Source: Eledone cirrhosa
Lineage: Eukaryota
Assembly (NCBI GenBank): GCA_964016885.1
Contig: OZ024742.1
Coordinates: 150,846,001-150,910,000, forward strand
Direction of reading: 5' to 3'
DNA length: 64,000 nt
The notes beneath the pieces are model-generated. The model was not told the origin of the DNA. It searched no databases and worked only from the letters and a program-made list of their open reading frames with translations. Numbering within the stretch: the stretch's first letter is position 1; every line of letters begins with the position of its first letter. Position numbers and translations under genes: made by a program. Shown piece after piece: positions 48,381-62,815 of the stretch.

Positions 48381-48510
48381 TGCTTTAGCACTATTGGTAA
48401 TATGTAACCCAATACAACTTGTCACATAGTTGAGTCGTTTGACTAAGCTGGCAATCCCACTAAGCTTGCTTGGTGAGGGGAGGAACTCGGGGAAGTCAAC
48501 AGCCAACCAA
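48381..48510 (+). mobile_element. Diverged relative of the 5' end of the 605-bp element
   Basis: Aligns by eye to 31448-31545 and 31607-31624. Confidence 0.75.
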
Positions 48511-48512
48511 TA

Positions 48513-48559
<47 letters not shown>

Positions 48560-51500
48560 TATATTTCAAAGGAAGTGACCAAAGGCTTTATTCAGTTAAA
48601 ATCATACAGAATTTTCATCCTTTTGAGGTCAATAAAATACAGTACCAGTAATGAACTGGGGTTGATTTAATCAACTTTCCTCTCTCCCCCAAATTGTTGG
48701 TCGCCTGCCTGAATCAGAAACTATTATTAATGTCTGCTTTATGGCCTTATAAATAATGTTGAGTATCAATGAGCTGTTTCCACACTTGATTGCACTAAAG
48801 TATATGTTGGAACAAACAGTTAGTGTTGTAGACAAGATAACTCGTCCTAATATGTTTGAACTCTTTTCCAACACTTCATAACTTTAAAGCTAGATGAGTT
48901 TACTAGTTTATTGATGTGACGTTTGTCAATCATTCATATGTGTTAATAAAGGGTTTTTTTTTAAATAGTTATTTTACTGAAAAAACAACCGGCACAGTAA
49001 CTGTAGCTGTGTAAAATATACATGGCAGTCAACAGGTTAAGAAAGAAAAATTAGAAAACTCTACTTCACTTGGATTATTCCTTCAACTGGATTATTTTGA
49101 ATGTTGCCCGGCTAACTCAAATGCAATCTTTGTCACCAAATAAAGTCTGACTTACCAATTTTAGTAAATGTTTTTAGTAAAATTTTGGCTTAATTTCTAA
49201 TAAACAATGTTTGGAAGGTTTTGAAGAAATTAAAAAAAAAAAAAATTCCAGCAAAATTTTTGTTTAAAATTTTTTTTATCTGAGTTGTATAAGTTATCCA
49301 ATCAACCACAAGGAAACGTGTATTTGATGAGTATATATATCCATTCATTCTTAGTATTATATTCTAGAAACAATGTTTTGGAAAGTTCTAACACTCACTG
49401 TAACCCCACTTCTACTATGATTTGAACTCACAGCCCATACATCTATACCTAACGCTATACTTATACCTACACTGATTTAAACTCACAGAGACAGAATCAA
49501 TATAACATTCTACCTGACACTAACGTGTCTTCTGCCCATTAGACTCTTGGAAAAATCATCATCATCTTTGTTTAACGTCCATTTTCCACGCTAGCATGGA
49601 TTCGTCTATTTTATTGACTTATAGTTAAAATAAAAATCATGTATTCGCTCTAGAAAATAAGGTACAATTAGTAGGAGGAGCTAGATATAGTTTTAAGAAT
49701 TTTTCACTCCTGATTAATCTCCCCTTCTTTCTTCTCCTGTGAGGAAGGTACAATTTATTTCTGAGAAGACGATGTTCATATGGTTAAATTTTTAATGATA
49801 TTCAAGGTACAGACAGCTAGGTAATGTGAAATCACTACACTAGGAATGTACAGTTTTCCACTGCTATTTTGAATATTACATTTATGAAAAGTTTTATTTG
49901 CCATGTCATGTTAGGATACCTTTGTATTATTTTAAATTCGTAGAACCCTACCCTGGAACGTTTTACCTATTTTAAGAATATACAAGAACAAACACTGTAT
50001 CACGATTACTGGCTTGTTTCTTCATGGCCAAAAAATCTATGGGTTCTTCTTATCATTGTATATCCAGTATATTTCTACACTATGAAATAACAGTAGTGCA
50101 ACTAATCATTGCTGCCACATTGTGTGGTATATTCCACAAATATCTAGTATTTTTATACCCTTGTATATTAGCCTCTTCATATGCAAATAAAACATTAAAC
50201 CGCAGAGATATATTTTAACATTCGATTGTCTGTTCACATAATATTTGTGTCACAATTAATAGGCCTTCGATATATATTGATTGGATAATGTGTAGTTACC
50301 GAAAGGAGTCGGTATGATAAAGAAAATACAGTATGAAATCCCTACAATGTTATGTGGGATATTGCAATTATCTGAAGTTTTATTTGTCATCTAGACTCAT
50401 TTGAACTCAGACACAGAATGAGATATATATATATGTGTACTTTTATATGTATATATAATTATGTAAAATAGAGATTCCCAACTTTTTGTACAACATACCC
50501 CACCTCAAAATCTAAAAAATTGTTAAGCAAATTGGCATGTAGGTGGTGCCAGCTCCACAATAACGTGTGGAGGTGATGAGACAGTTTCTGAGAGTAATGT
50601 GTACCAAAATTACATTGATGTAATAGTATTGCACACCTGGTGTTTGTAGTCCCATTTGTAACAGTGACACTATTGCATTGCTATTTTGAATATTATTGTT
50701 TGTCATATCATATTAGGGTACTATGGCTCTTTAATTCATAGAACTCCCTTCTAAACATTTTAAATATATTAAGAATAAATTAGAACAAACACCATATCAC
50801 AATTACTGGCTTGTCTCTTCACAGTCAGAAAATACTCCATTCAGATAATCCAAATACAGTTCTACGTAGCATTGTATACCTCGTATATTTCTTCACTATG
50901 AGATAATGAATTATCTCTCACAGTAGTTTTCGACAGAAATATGTACCGCATTCGTGTAAAAGTAATAAGGTAAAACCTAAACTTTCTTCACATTAATATC
51001 ATTATCAAATTGTTGGGTGTGCGCTAGGCATTGGGAAGTACTGATTTAAACTCTCACCATAAACACACACAACCTTTAACTGAAACAATTTATTTCTTGA
51101 ATGATGAATTTAAACCGGACACAATTAGTTTTACACTGCTATTTTGGATATTTCATTTCTGAAAGTGGTATGTAAAAGAGATTAAGTTTTATATATATAT
51201 ATATGTAAACCCTCACCCTAAACACACACATAACAGTGATCAAAGTCTGACTGCTATTGTAGGTCTGTACTGTGGTGGCGATCAAAGTGACACTGCTATT
51301 ATTGTTATCGGTCGGAAGCGGTGGTGAATATGCCCTCATAGGTCAGATTTCTCTAAGTGGCCTTTGGTGAAGAAATAAGAATAAAGTTAATGAGTATTTA
51401 ACTTTTTGTTGATAAAGAGGTATGTTTTTATGGTTGGTTTGGAAAGGGTGGTGAAAATGCCCTCATAATTACATACATATCTCCCTACATATAAACATAT

Positions 51501-51849
51501 GCAACATCCACACACAGTTTCGTACACACGTTTATATAGACCATCATGTCGGTCTGGACTATGTGGCGGACGAATTTAGGGTAGGAGTAGGCTGGCTGTC
51601 TTCATATGAAATAGTTAATAATGCAGTGAGATAAACTTGTGTACAGCCTACTCAAACAAGCCAAATGCTGTCCTATCAATAACATTAATATATATAACTC
51701 ATCAAATTCATTTTAGTAATATCAAGTAATATATGGTTTCAATTTAGCACCATTTATCCGAACACAAATACTCAGACATTCGTATAGAGACATTAGGGCA
51801 GGAAGAAGCTGAACATCTGTCCCATACTCCTGCAGAACTTTCCACAGCA

Positions 51850-52185
51850 GGTTCTGTGGAACGCGGTCGTATGGTTTTCAAGGTCTATAAAGCAATTGCG
51901 TGACCCATAAATCAGAAAGTCGCTCCGGGTAGAGCTGCTACTTCTCCAAATTGAGAGATCACAGATCTGGTACTATGGACATGTAGTTAGAATGTCTCAG
52001 GAAAGAATCGCCGGATAAATTTTACGGAGACCCATGGGTAGACCCCAAGCAAGATGGTTGGATAACATCCAAGAGCTTGGCTAATCTCGCTTGGGGATCC
52101 AGCCAGATTAATTGGAGAATGGTGTTTCTGACAGGAACCGCTGGAAGTAGTGTTTGACTCTGCCCACACGACTCTCTCAGGATTC
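51850..52185 (+). mobile_element. Expander-like RTE 3' fragment
   Basis: ELLLLQIERSQIWYYGHVVRMSQE-type peptide; same family as 59420-59800. Confidence 0.7.
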
Positions 52186-52399
52186 CGTGTGCGAAGAAGT
52201 AATATATTCTACACTCAAGTAAAAACACTGTGTTAGCTGTCTCCAAGGAAAACACTGCGTTAGTTGACTTCCTTGAAAAGTAATTTTTGTATAATGATAA
52301 TAATAATGAAAATATTGTGTACAGTGCTCAGGTGCACTACAACTCATCAAAAGGTGTATGTATAGTACATAGGGTAATGTACAAACGTCAGGAAAATGA

Positions 52400-53675
52400 A
52401 CAGTGCATGAGTCATGATATACACATGTGTGCATGTGTATGGAAGGGGGACATCAGGTGTAGTTTTGACGAATTTCGGGAAGCATGAGGGTTTTAAAGGA
52501 TGCAGTGTCTCGGCAGCTAACAACTGACGCAGGCAGTTTGTTCCATGCTTCAAAAATGTTTCCGAAAGTCATGGGAGCTGTGCTGTTTTCTGATTTTGTA
52601 GGCATGTCCACATGTGTTAGACACATGGAGATCAAAAAGGTGCTCAGGGTTGTTGTTGGCAACATGGTTAATAACTTTGTGGGTGTTTACCAAGTCCATT
52701 GCCAGACGTCGGAGCTTCAATGAATCCATGCCCAGGGAAGCAAGGTGTTCAGAGTATGGTAGGTGTCTGGTGGAGGGTATGCGCTTGGTTGCACATCTTT
52801 GAACAGTTTCCAGGAGGTCAATGTTCTGAACAAGATAGGGGTTCCAGACTGATGATGCGAATTCCAAGTGTGGTCGTACCATAGCTGCATACAACTTTAA
52901 ATAGATGGCTGGAGAGTGGCTAACAAAGGTCTTGCTGAGTGATGCCAAGACACCCTCGGCCTTCTTGACAATCTTAGAGACATGCTTTGTCCAACGCAAA
53001 TCGCTGCTGACAGTAATGCCCAGGTCACGTTCACAAGAGGACTTCTTGATATCAGTGTTGTGGAGGGAGTATGTGGACGCTGGATTTTTCCTCCCAAAAT
53101 GCATGGGGGTACACTTGTCCACAGCCAGCTTCAGTTGCCAGTCTGTGATCCATTGCTGAATTGTGTCCAGGTCTGATTGTAGGAAAGAGTTGTAGATTTC
53201 AGGATCAGTCCTTTTGATTTCAAGGTACAGCTTGATGTCATCTGCATATTTCAGTACCGTGGCATAAAATGACATCTCATATGGTGAAGAATGCTGTCCT
53301 AGAACCGTGACTACCTCTTTTCGGCTGAGAATGAAGGATTTCAACCAGTTAAAAAGATCATCCCTCACACCCATTGCAGTGAGTTTCGCCATAAGTCTTT
53401 TGTGTGGCACAGAATTAAAAGCCTTAGCGAAGTCAAGGTAAACAACATCCACCCATGAGCCGCTTTCAGTGATCCGGGTAATGTCTTCAAGGAACTCGAT
53501 AAGCTGATCACAACAGCTGGAGTTAGGGATAAATCCAAACTGCAAGGGCCGGATGAGGCTGTGAGAGCTCCAGAAGTTCCAAAGTGTTTCTCTGACACAG
53601 GATTCCATCAGTTTGGCAATACAGCTAGTAAGACTGACTGGACGATAGTTGACAGGTGACGCCCTTTTTGAACAA
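52400..53675 (-). mobile_element. CR1-group LINE, 5'-truncated RT with an internal deletion
   Basis: ORF 52550-53713: NYRPVSLTS, QFGF, VYLDFAKAF, YADD, RDLGI, VRPHLEFASSVWNP; the GVPQG segment is missing. Confidence 0.92.
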
Positions 53676-53814
53676 TAGTGTTCATATGCACACTGTCTCT
53701 CACACGCACACAATCACACAAACACACACACACAAGATTAACCAAATCTCAAATAAAAATTATATAACTACAAATTAATGAAGCAGAAATCTTTTCACTA
53801 ACTTCTATATAAAT

Positions 53815-56625
53815 GCAAACACATTAAATTAAATTTAGTCTATAAAAATACCATATTTATAATAGACGGGGAGCACTAAAGCCTAACACTAAATATGGTA
53901 AACGTCCGGTTTGATGAAAGCGGAAGGCAACATACCGCCTTACCCATCAGACATTGCGACCTCGGTCACCGGTTTCCAGTCTCATTGACCTTGACGGCTT
54001 TTCTTTCGTCGCTGATATCTAGCCATGACCTCATCAACAGGGTTATCCACAACACAACTGAACCTACTCGGGGAACATGAAGCGGCTTACGTGACATGGA
54101 ACCAGCTCAGCACATGACCGTCCATTCGCCTCTCTCCTCCGTAGACATCCAGTCAATCCAAAACAAATAGTACACCATCCAGTGCAACATGACCTTAGAC
54201 AGGCTGGTGAGCCGGCTCGCCCAGTAGTTTCTGGTATATTTTCGCTCGGCTTCTCAACCCCACAGGGGTGCCTGGCTGAATGTAGTATCATCAGTTGTGA
54301 GTGCCACCCAGCTAGATAGTGACTGATTGTGCATCCGTGTTTTCCCGATGCTCAGCCCCCGGATTTATGAACTCCACATATGCCATTGTGGTTTCATTTT
54401 GGTTTCTTTTGCTCTCTAGCCACTGTCATGCGCGGCTTGCTGCTCTCAACAAGATAAAAAAGCATGTCCTGGGTGACGCAGGATTCTCTTCCCAGCTCGA
54501 GACAGTGGGACCAGACTGAGGTGGCGTCAAAAGGCCAGACGGCATGATAATTTCCCCGTTCTGTGGGGGTAGGCCACTCATCTGGGATGCTACATATTGT
54601 GAGACTTAGTCTAGCGGCAGTCTGGTACGTTTGGTTACCAGCCCAGGCGACGCTGCACATCAGGCCGAGCAGGGCAAACTGTTAAAGTATCGGCTGCTCT
54701 TTGTGTTTGAGCCTGTACTAGTGGAGACTTCTGGCGTTCTTGACCCCCAGACCACATCCTTGCTCACTATTATCGGAGCAGAGTTGTCTGACCGCAGATA
54801 CGAGTTCCGCGAAGACGAGTGGCTGTTCCAGTGCGTCTCCCTCACCATCCTCCTGGACATGGTCTTCTCCAGCCTTTCAGCCGGGATCACGAGGTGGACA
54901 ACATATTAAGGTAGGAGTAGGGTATCAGTAGGGTTAATAATCTACACACACAGTGCTAGATAACTAATCATTAATGCAGCTGAAAACACACATATATTTG
55001 CAAACACATTAAATTTAGCTATAAAATTACCATATTTATAATAGAAAGGGGGATCACTAAAGACTAGCGCTAAATATTGACACTAAACTTAACAGCTAAC
55101 CCCTAAATTCAAAATATTAACTCTAAACTTAACAGCTAATCCTTAAATTCAAGTCCTAACAAACTCTAACGCTAACCTTAAACAATGGCGATAAACATTA
55201 AGACTAACTTTAAACCAGCATTCCTAAGCCTTAAACACGCCGGTATTCTAGCAATAACCACAACCTATATAATTTCCCTCGCATCAAATAAAATCCTGTG
55301 TCAGGTCTAATATTAATTCTAAACTTAACAACAAAACCCCCAAAACTATAATGTTAAGCTTAAACTTACTTCTAAAAGCACCCACTGTCCTAGCATTAAT
55401 CATAACATATATAATTACAAATACATGAAATCAAATTTAGTAGATGCTGCCACAGTGTGAAACTGCTACCACTATCATAGTGGAGTTAAGTTTTTGCTCT
55501 GCCAGCATATTGGATAAATTTCCTTGTTAAAATTAGAACTGAACTCCGCCGAAGATTCGCCCCGTCGGTCCTGGCTACGTGGTGTTTGTAAAAAAATTTC
55601 GGAAATACCATGTGGTTTCTGTGCGTAATGTTTGCTAATGCATCAATTGCGCATAGGTCGTGTTGATTAAACTGTACAGGTTGGAGCATTCTTTGTGTTC
55701 CCACACTTATCCGTTTATCCACTATGTAACCACTCAGCAAATTCGCATTTACAACATACTCTTTTTGTTAATTCATTGAGTGGCTAGTTATAAATGCACG
55801 GGAGATTACTCTGAGAGATTTTTAGCTGTATTCTTTTAGAATTAGCTGCCCGTCAAAAAAATTTGTTGGCATGATTTATAAACAAGATGTTTTTTACACA
55901 CACGCGCGCGCACACATAAGAACAATCAAATGTGTAACAAAAAGAAGATAACTCTAAAAGCATACAGCTAAAAATCTGTAGGCGGAAACTCCCCTTTTAA
56001 AGTTAATTAGCGTGTTTTTTAACAAAATAGTTTTGGTATTTACACACACGCACGCACACACACACACACAAGAACAACTCAAGCTTCTTTTTGTTAAAAG
56101 GGAGATAACTAATGTTGCTAAAAACTTGCAGTTACTGCTCTATATAATTGCAAATAATAAATTTAATTTATCCAATAAAAATACCCTATTTATAATAAAA
56201 GGGTACATTAAAGCCCAACACTAAATATTGACACTAAACTTAACAGCTAACTTAACATACACACCCCAACAAAAACTAATACTAACCTAAACCTTGACCA
56301 TGAAGATTAACGCAATTCTTAAACCAGAAAGCCCAAGGCCGCTCTAAAACCCTCCGACGTCGTAACAATAGCCATAACATATATAATTGTTTTGTATTCA
56401 CACACACCCGAGAATAACCATATTTCTAATAAAAGGGATGTTTGAGGTTTGCTGGATGAGGTTTCATGGTTATAGTTAAAGTGTGAAGTTAGTGTTTGTT
56501 AGGCGTTGAAATTAGGTGTTAGCTGATAAAATTTAGAATCAATATTTAGTGTTTGTCTTTAGTGCACCTCCTTCTATTATAAATATGATACTTTTATACA
56601 CTAAATTTAATTTAATGTGTTTGCT
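53815..56625. repeat. Dispersed ~80-bp AT-rich repeat (direct at ~53818, ~55002 and ~56160; inverted at ~56540-56622) with CTAA-rich tracts
   Basis: aaacacattaaattt...ataccatatttataataga..gg.gcactaaag...actaaatat recurs. Confidence 0.7.
53900..54910 (+). mobile_element. Decayed CRE-like non-LTR retrotransposon C-terminus (restriction-like endonuclease)
   Basis: GC-rich island; RPDGMIIFPFCGGRPLIWDAT at ~54532-54594, then AAHQAEQGKLLKY..FVFEPVLVETSG..WLFQCVSL. Confidence 0.7.
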
Positions 56626-56694
56626 CTATAACTGAATCAATCTCTCTTGTCTCCTTTTTTGAAAATTGGGATTCTCACTCCCGATTGCCATATC

Positions 56695-56900
56695 TTAGGT
56701 GCATTTCCAGAGATTCAGGTCACCCGGCACACATGAGTCAGCCGGAAAATACCTTTTTTTATTTAAAGCTTTTAACATCTTGGACCGAATTTCATCTTCT
56801 CCAGTGGCCTTACCACATTTGTGTTGTTTAATTGCCCTTGTCACCTCAGCTTCCAATAGGTTAGTCATTGTTCCCAGATGCACTTCGTGTATATCAGAAG
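56695..56900 (-). mobile_element. Expander-like RTE internal fragment
   Basis: EAEVTRAIKQHKCGKATGEDEIRSKMLKAL. Confidence 0.7.
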
Positions 56901-59419
56901 ATGCTGGGGTTTACGAGATCAGCAAAGTATTATCTCCACTTCACAATGATACACCTCTCTGAAGAGAGGAGAACCCTAGACGCGTTCCTGATAGCAGGTG
57001 TGAAGGAGAACTTCTTATTACGAAGTTGGCGGATGGTCTACCAGAAAACTTTATTAAAGCTGCTCAAGTCAATAAAAGAAAGAAGAAAAGCAAAGGATCA
57101 AGCTAAGGAAAATATTTTCTATCTTAGTGTAGTCGTCTATGCAGTTATCCAGTCAACAACGGATACATGCTTTGATTGCCGTAGGTGGTTCTGTCAGATT
57201 TTTACTGACCCACTTATGCCAACATGGAAAAATGGATATCAAATGATGATTATAAACTAGGGATAGTTTCAGGTGGTTTAGTAACAAAAGAGTTAAAAAG
57301 TCCCCAAGATATAAAATCCATGAACCTCATTAATTTCTCTTGATATAATAATAAGATGCAGTGAATTGGCAGTCATTAGAATATATAGGATAGAATGATT
57401 TACAGTATTTGTTCTGGTTCTCTGAGTTCAAATCGTATCGCTAAGTTTGCCTTTCATCATTTCGAGGTCAATAAAAAAGGTACCAGTTCAGGACTGAGGT
57501 CGATTATTCCTCTATATCTCTTTCTTTCTTCATTGCTCTTACTCTTTCTACTTCTATGGAAGAAATCGACTATATTCAGACTTAAAGAGGGTTGATATAC
57601 GTCAGGTTAAAGATGCCCCTCAAACCATGTACATTACTTAGAAAATAACAAGAACAGCAAGACACGATAATTGAAAAATACAAAAACGAATTTATTAAAG
57701 CTGATATTTACTATGTTGTTTATCAAACATTTTATTTTTCCATATTTATAATGAAAAACACTCCCTGTGGTGTTCAAATAATTTTGAAAAAGACAAAGAA
57801 ATTTGGAGGGATTTAATAATATAATTAACTTTCTCATTATTAAGCTGGTCTTTTATACAAAACGTTTTATTTTAAAGTGTTTATATTTATCTAAAATAAA
57901 CTTCCATCATATGGTAAAGTTAGTTATAATCATAAATCCCGCCAATGTTTTTATTATTTTTAAAATGACATGAAAACAGTTGAAATAAGTAGTTTGTTTC
58001 ATTAGAAATATAGTAACAAAAGGATTAACAAAGGTTCTTATATAAAATTGTGATAGGAGGTTTTAGATAAATATTTAAATAAACAGCTTTGTATAGGGAT
58101 GGTTTCAGGCTTTTTGGTATAGAAGGGGTTGATTTAGAATGTTATCTGAAATTCGTACTTTACAAAGCACATGAGGTTTGATCTAACGATGGTTTATAAT
58201 TTTTGTACAAGGCCAGCAATTTTGGAGAGAAGTGAAAAACCTATTAAATTAACTCCTAGTACTTAAATGGCACTTTATATTTTTGACCTTGGTAGATTGA
58301 AAGGCAAAAATGACTTCAGAAGAATTTGAATCCAGAATAAATGCAGCAAAGCATTTTGTCCGATGCCTTAATGGTTCTGCCAATCCACTACCTGTTATGT
58401 TGTAATAATGGTTTCTACATTTGGCACAAGGCCAGCAATTTGAAGGGAAGGCAAAAGTCGATTAAATCGACCCCAGTACGTGACTGGTACTTTATTTTAT
58501 AAACCCCTGAAGGATGAAAGGCAAAGCTAACCTCGGTGCGATTTGAAATCAGAGCGTAAAGGGACGTAACTCTATGCAGCGAAGCATACGCAGTAGCTTC
58601 CTTGTAGATATGATATATTGAGGTAATCATGTAACTTACAATGTTCATACAAGGATTTTCAAATAGCTCTAATTGTGTATAAGCTAGCGTGTTTTCTCGG
58701 GCATGTATGTATGTGTGGTTGCTTGTCTATCACTTACATCATGTAATATATATTGTAGATATGTAGCTACATATGATGGCAGTAGTAGTTAGTATTAGGA
58801 AGAGGAGTTAGAGAGGAAGGGGTAGTAGTTGATGACATCATCACCATGCTGGCATCGATGAAAACATAGTTATGAACACTGGTCATACAACATTCCAAGA
58901 ACGACAACTCATGTTTTCGTATCGGCGCTTTATTAAAGAAATACAAAAGTTGACAATCCTACTTTGGTTAATGTTTCATTACATTCTAAGAAATTAGTTT
59001 TTACAGAAAATGTGTGGATGTGCCTCTCAAAGAGCTAAGTCTATGTAAGCGTTATATATTTTTGTATGCGATAGTCAAATTTCAGCAATGAGTTCGGTTT
59101 CAGTAGGAATATTATTGAGTTTATGATGTTTCTTGGGGAATCCATGTTTCTGGTATGTATACAGGTGTATGAGGTTCTGGTGGGATATATGGTTCATCTA
59201 ATAGGTCTCAGAGTGTGGGTTAGTATAATCTAGATTGTGATATTTTTGCTGCTTGGTCCTATGTGTTTTCATTCCTATATCAGTACAAGAACCTAAGAAG
59301 TGTCCATACTATTTTCTACAAAGGACCAGCAACTGTGACGAAAATAATTTTGTTGGTCACATGACCTTCTTCTTGGGAGGATCATGGGAGAAAATTCCTC
59401 AAGCAGTCCTTTAAGCAAC

Positions 59420-59800
59420 CGTCTCCAGTTGATCTGGCTGGATCTCCAAGCGAGACCAGTCGCACTCATGGATGTTATTCAATCATCTTGCTCGGGATCC
59501 TCTCATGTGCCTCCCGTCGGTTAGTTTTGTCTGTAAAATCTGTCCAGGGATTTTTTCCTGAGACATTCTAGCCACATGCTCATAGTATCGGAGCTGTGAT
59601 CTCTCAATTCGGAGAAGTAGCAACTCTACCTGGAGCGACTCTCTGATCTCCGAGCTACGCACTTTATCGAGTAACATAACTCGAAAGACCCTTCAAAGTA
59701 ACTCCATTTCGGCCACTTGTATTTGTAATTGTATTCTTTCGGTCATTATCCAAGATTCATGACTACAGGTAAGGGTCGGCACGTATACCGAATTGACGAT
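59420..59800 (-). mobile_element. Expander-like RTE 3' fragment
   Basis: LDKVRSSEIRESLQVELLLLRIERSQLRYYEHVARM. Confidence 0.8.
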
Positions 59801-60600
59801 AGAAAGTTTATTTAGGGAGATTCTATCAAAATTTAGCATATTTGCCTTGAAGTAGTAAATTTAAAGGGAAATTCATGCAGTTGATATTGCCCGATATTTG
59901 ATCTACTTAGAAGAAATTTAGCATATTTGTTTTAAAGTAATACATTTTAAAGGGAGATTCCTTCAGCTGGTGCTGGTCCTTTGTAGAAATTAGTATGCGT
60001 ACTTCTTTCTCTAATGACTGATCTTAGGTTCTGCTGGCCGATATTTGACCTAAATGCCTTGGGCTGGTCATATCCTATGGATAACTGGGAACCACACACC
60101 CAATGTACTATTATACAGTCAACGGCATAATGGTGCACATAATGTAGGAAGGCCATTACTCAGATATAAAGACAAAACTGAAGTACAATCTTAAATATAT
60201 ATACATACCTTTTACTTCTTTTAAAGCCCTAGCTGCTGACTGTGGAAAATGGAGAACTGTCTGCCATGAAAGTATAAAGAACTTTAAAAAATATTGACTG
60301 GTCCATCTTCGTGATATAAGATCTTACACCAAGATCCGAACAAACATTCCATTCTGCTCCACTCAATATCCTGTCATCTGCACTGATATGTGGCTTGATG
60401 TGTAAATCAACAGCTGGACTAAAGTGTCATTTAAGGCATAATCATAAAAAATTAAACTGGGAAGACTGTTGAACCCTCATACATCGATATACGACGGGAG
60501 AGTCCATCATACACACACAGACACAGACAAACACAGGCAGACAAACAGACACACCCATAATATATATATATGTGTGCGTGTGTGTGTGGATGTATTGAAC

Positions 60601-60674
<74 letters not shown>

Positions 60675-60679
60675 CATAT

Positions 60680-61284
60680 AGGTCACCACTTGGTGCTACT
60701 GGTAACATGTATCCCAGTACAACCTGTCTCATGGTCGGGTCGTTGGCGACTAAACTGGCAACCCCACTAAGGTTTCTTGGTGAGGAGGGTGACTTTGGAC
60801 ATCCTGCAGGACTAAAAACAAAACCTGTCAAAGGGCAAAGGAGCTCTTAAGAGTCAATGGCCATCCAAAATCACCGGGAGAGATGACCCCTTAGCCTTTG
60901 TCAAGGCAGAATTCTAGGAGAAGGAAAACTCTGATATAACACCTGCAACCCTGATGGTATCCAATGATGTTGACTTGTTCTTCTTTTTGGTAAATATCAT
61001 CTTGGTTAAGAGAGTGGGACTGGCTTTGTGCAGTGCCTTTGCTCACTATAAAAGCTTCACGGCACAGGCATTGCTTTGTATCTGGAGATCTCTCTGCACT
61101 TGTCATTACATGGTACCATGGGCGCAGCACTATGTGTCAATAATTGTCACAAGTGTAGTGTTTGTACCAGAGTTTTCAAGTTGCTGGCTGGACTAAAAAG
61201 TCACACTCGTTCAGCGTATCGGTAGGGGTTCTCCTACATGGTTATAAAGTAGTGGCCGTACTCGAAAACGAGTTGGCAGCCACC
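60680..61284 (+). mobile_element. 605-bp non-autonomous bipartite RTE-derived element, copy B
   Basis: Collinear near-identical match to 31436-32040; flanked by TA-rich microsatellite on both sides. Confidence 0.85.
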
Positions 61285-61332
61285 ATATATGTATATGTAT
61301 GTATGTATATATATATGTATATATATATATGC

Positions 61333-61487
61333 AGGGACCACAGTGTGGTATAGTTCACTATACAGTATCTATGACCAAGTCACTTAAGAGTCAACAGCCC
61401 AGTCCACCTAGATGTAAGTAGGGACCACAGTGTGGTATAGTTCACTATACAGTATTTAAGACCAAGTCACTTATGAGTCAACAGCCC
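61333..61487. repeat. 68-bp direct repeat, period 87
   Basis: agggaccacagtgtggtatagttcactatacagtat...gagtcaacagccc at 61333-61400 and 61420-61487. Confidence 0.9.
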
Positions 61488-61593
61488 TCTCTATAACTCT
61501 GAGTTCAGAACCATGTCCATTCTAGTTAAAAAAAACCCAACACATCTTCTTCATAAGATGTTTATAAATATGTATGTGCGTGTGTGTGTATGA

Positions 61594-61826
61594 GCATGTG
61601 TATTTGTGCAGGCTCGCACGTGTATTTGTGCAGGCCCGCACGTGTATTTGTGCAGGCCCGCACGTGTATTTGTGCAGGCCCGCACGTGTATTTGTGCAGG
61701 CCCGCACGTGTATTTGTGCAGGCCCGCACGTGTATTTGTGCAGGCCCGCACGTCTATTTGTGCAGGCCCGCACGTGTATTTGTGCAGGCCCGCACGTCTA
61801 TTTGTGCAGGCCCGCACGTGTATTTG
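61594..61826. repeat. 22-bp minisatellite, ~10.5 copies
   Basis: Unit gcacgtgtatttgtgcaggccc, nearly homogeneous. Confidence 0.95.
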
Positions 61827-61986
61827 GATGGGAAGCATAGCTTTGCTGTTTTTGTTGTTATTACCAGGTCTGGAATGTTATTGTTAGTGTTGTGGGGTGT
61901 GATAACTTAGTTGGTGGATAATAGATATAACTATTAGCCTCTTTGTTGGGAGGATGGTATCTAAAACAACACACATATAGGTACTA

Positions 61987-62062
<76 letters not shown>

Positions 62063-62566
62063 TATGTTCATACTCGTTCACACACACACATACTCACACA
62101 TACACTCACACGTATGTATATACATTACATGATTGAAACTGGGGTAGTGGGTGGGAGCAGCGATTTTCGGAAATTTATAATTTAACAGTGTTATATTACA
62201 AACCTGGTCGTTTGGTTGGAGGGGGCGGGGCGACATGCCTAGGACAGAATTTCTGAAGTTGACCACAGGGGAACGGGCAGGCGAACACCAAGAACACACG
62301 CCTTGTCCGTTCCCTCGTCGTTTCTGTTTGGATTGCCTTGGGAACGTAACCTTATTATATAAGAAGCTGCCCGATGATGTCACGGCACTGGGTACACAGA
62401 ATCGTTGGTCCACTCTCGTCATTGAAATATGTATCACAGCATTACCAATAAAGGACTTTAACATCTGAAACTACTTCGCATTTTCTCATTCTAAATATAT
62501 TCCGTTTTTCCTGTGGAAAAAAATGCGTCGAGTGCTTCATTTGAAGTGCATCAATATTTACCGTAG

Positions 62567-62616
<50 letters not shown>

Positions 62617-62815
62617 CATATATATATATATTTAATACATAAACAGAAAAAGCCTTAAGCGATACTCTGACCAACTCCATCTCACTCAACAAACATTAGG
62701 ATATACCTAAGTATTCTCCCAATTTAGTGTTTGGGGTGCTAACTAATCAGTATTTCGTGGATAGCTGGTTGTATTATCTTATATGAGACATAATTAAATA
62801 AATATCTCTTTCCTT

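Noticed and set aside
58860-60450. Possible Penelope ORF remnant to pair with the hammerhead
   Set aside because: No RT or GIY-YIG motifs could be recognised by eye.
61594-61826. CRISPR-like array or repetitive protein
   Set aside because: Contiguous 22-bp units without unique spacers, eukaryotic context, no cas genes; ORFs on both strands are repeat artefacts.
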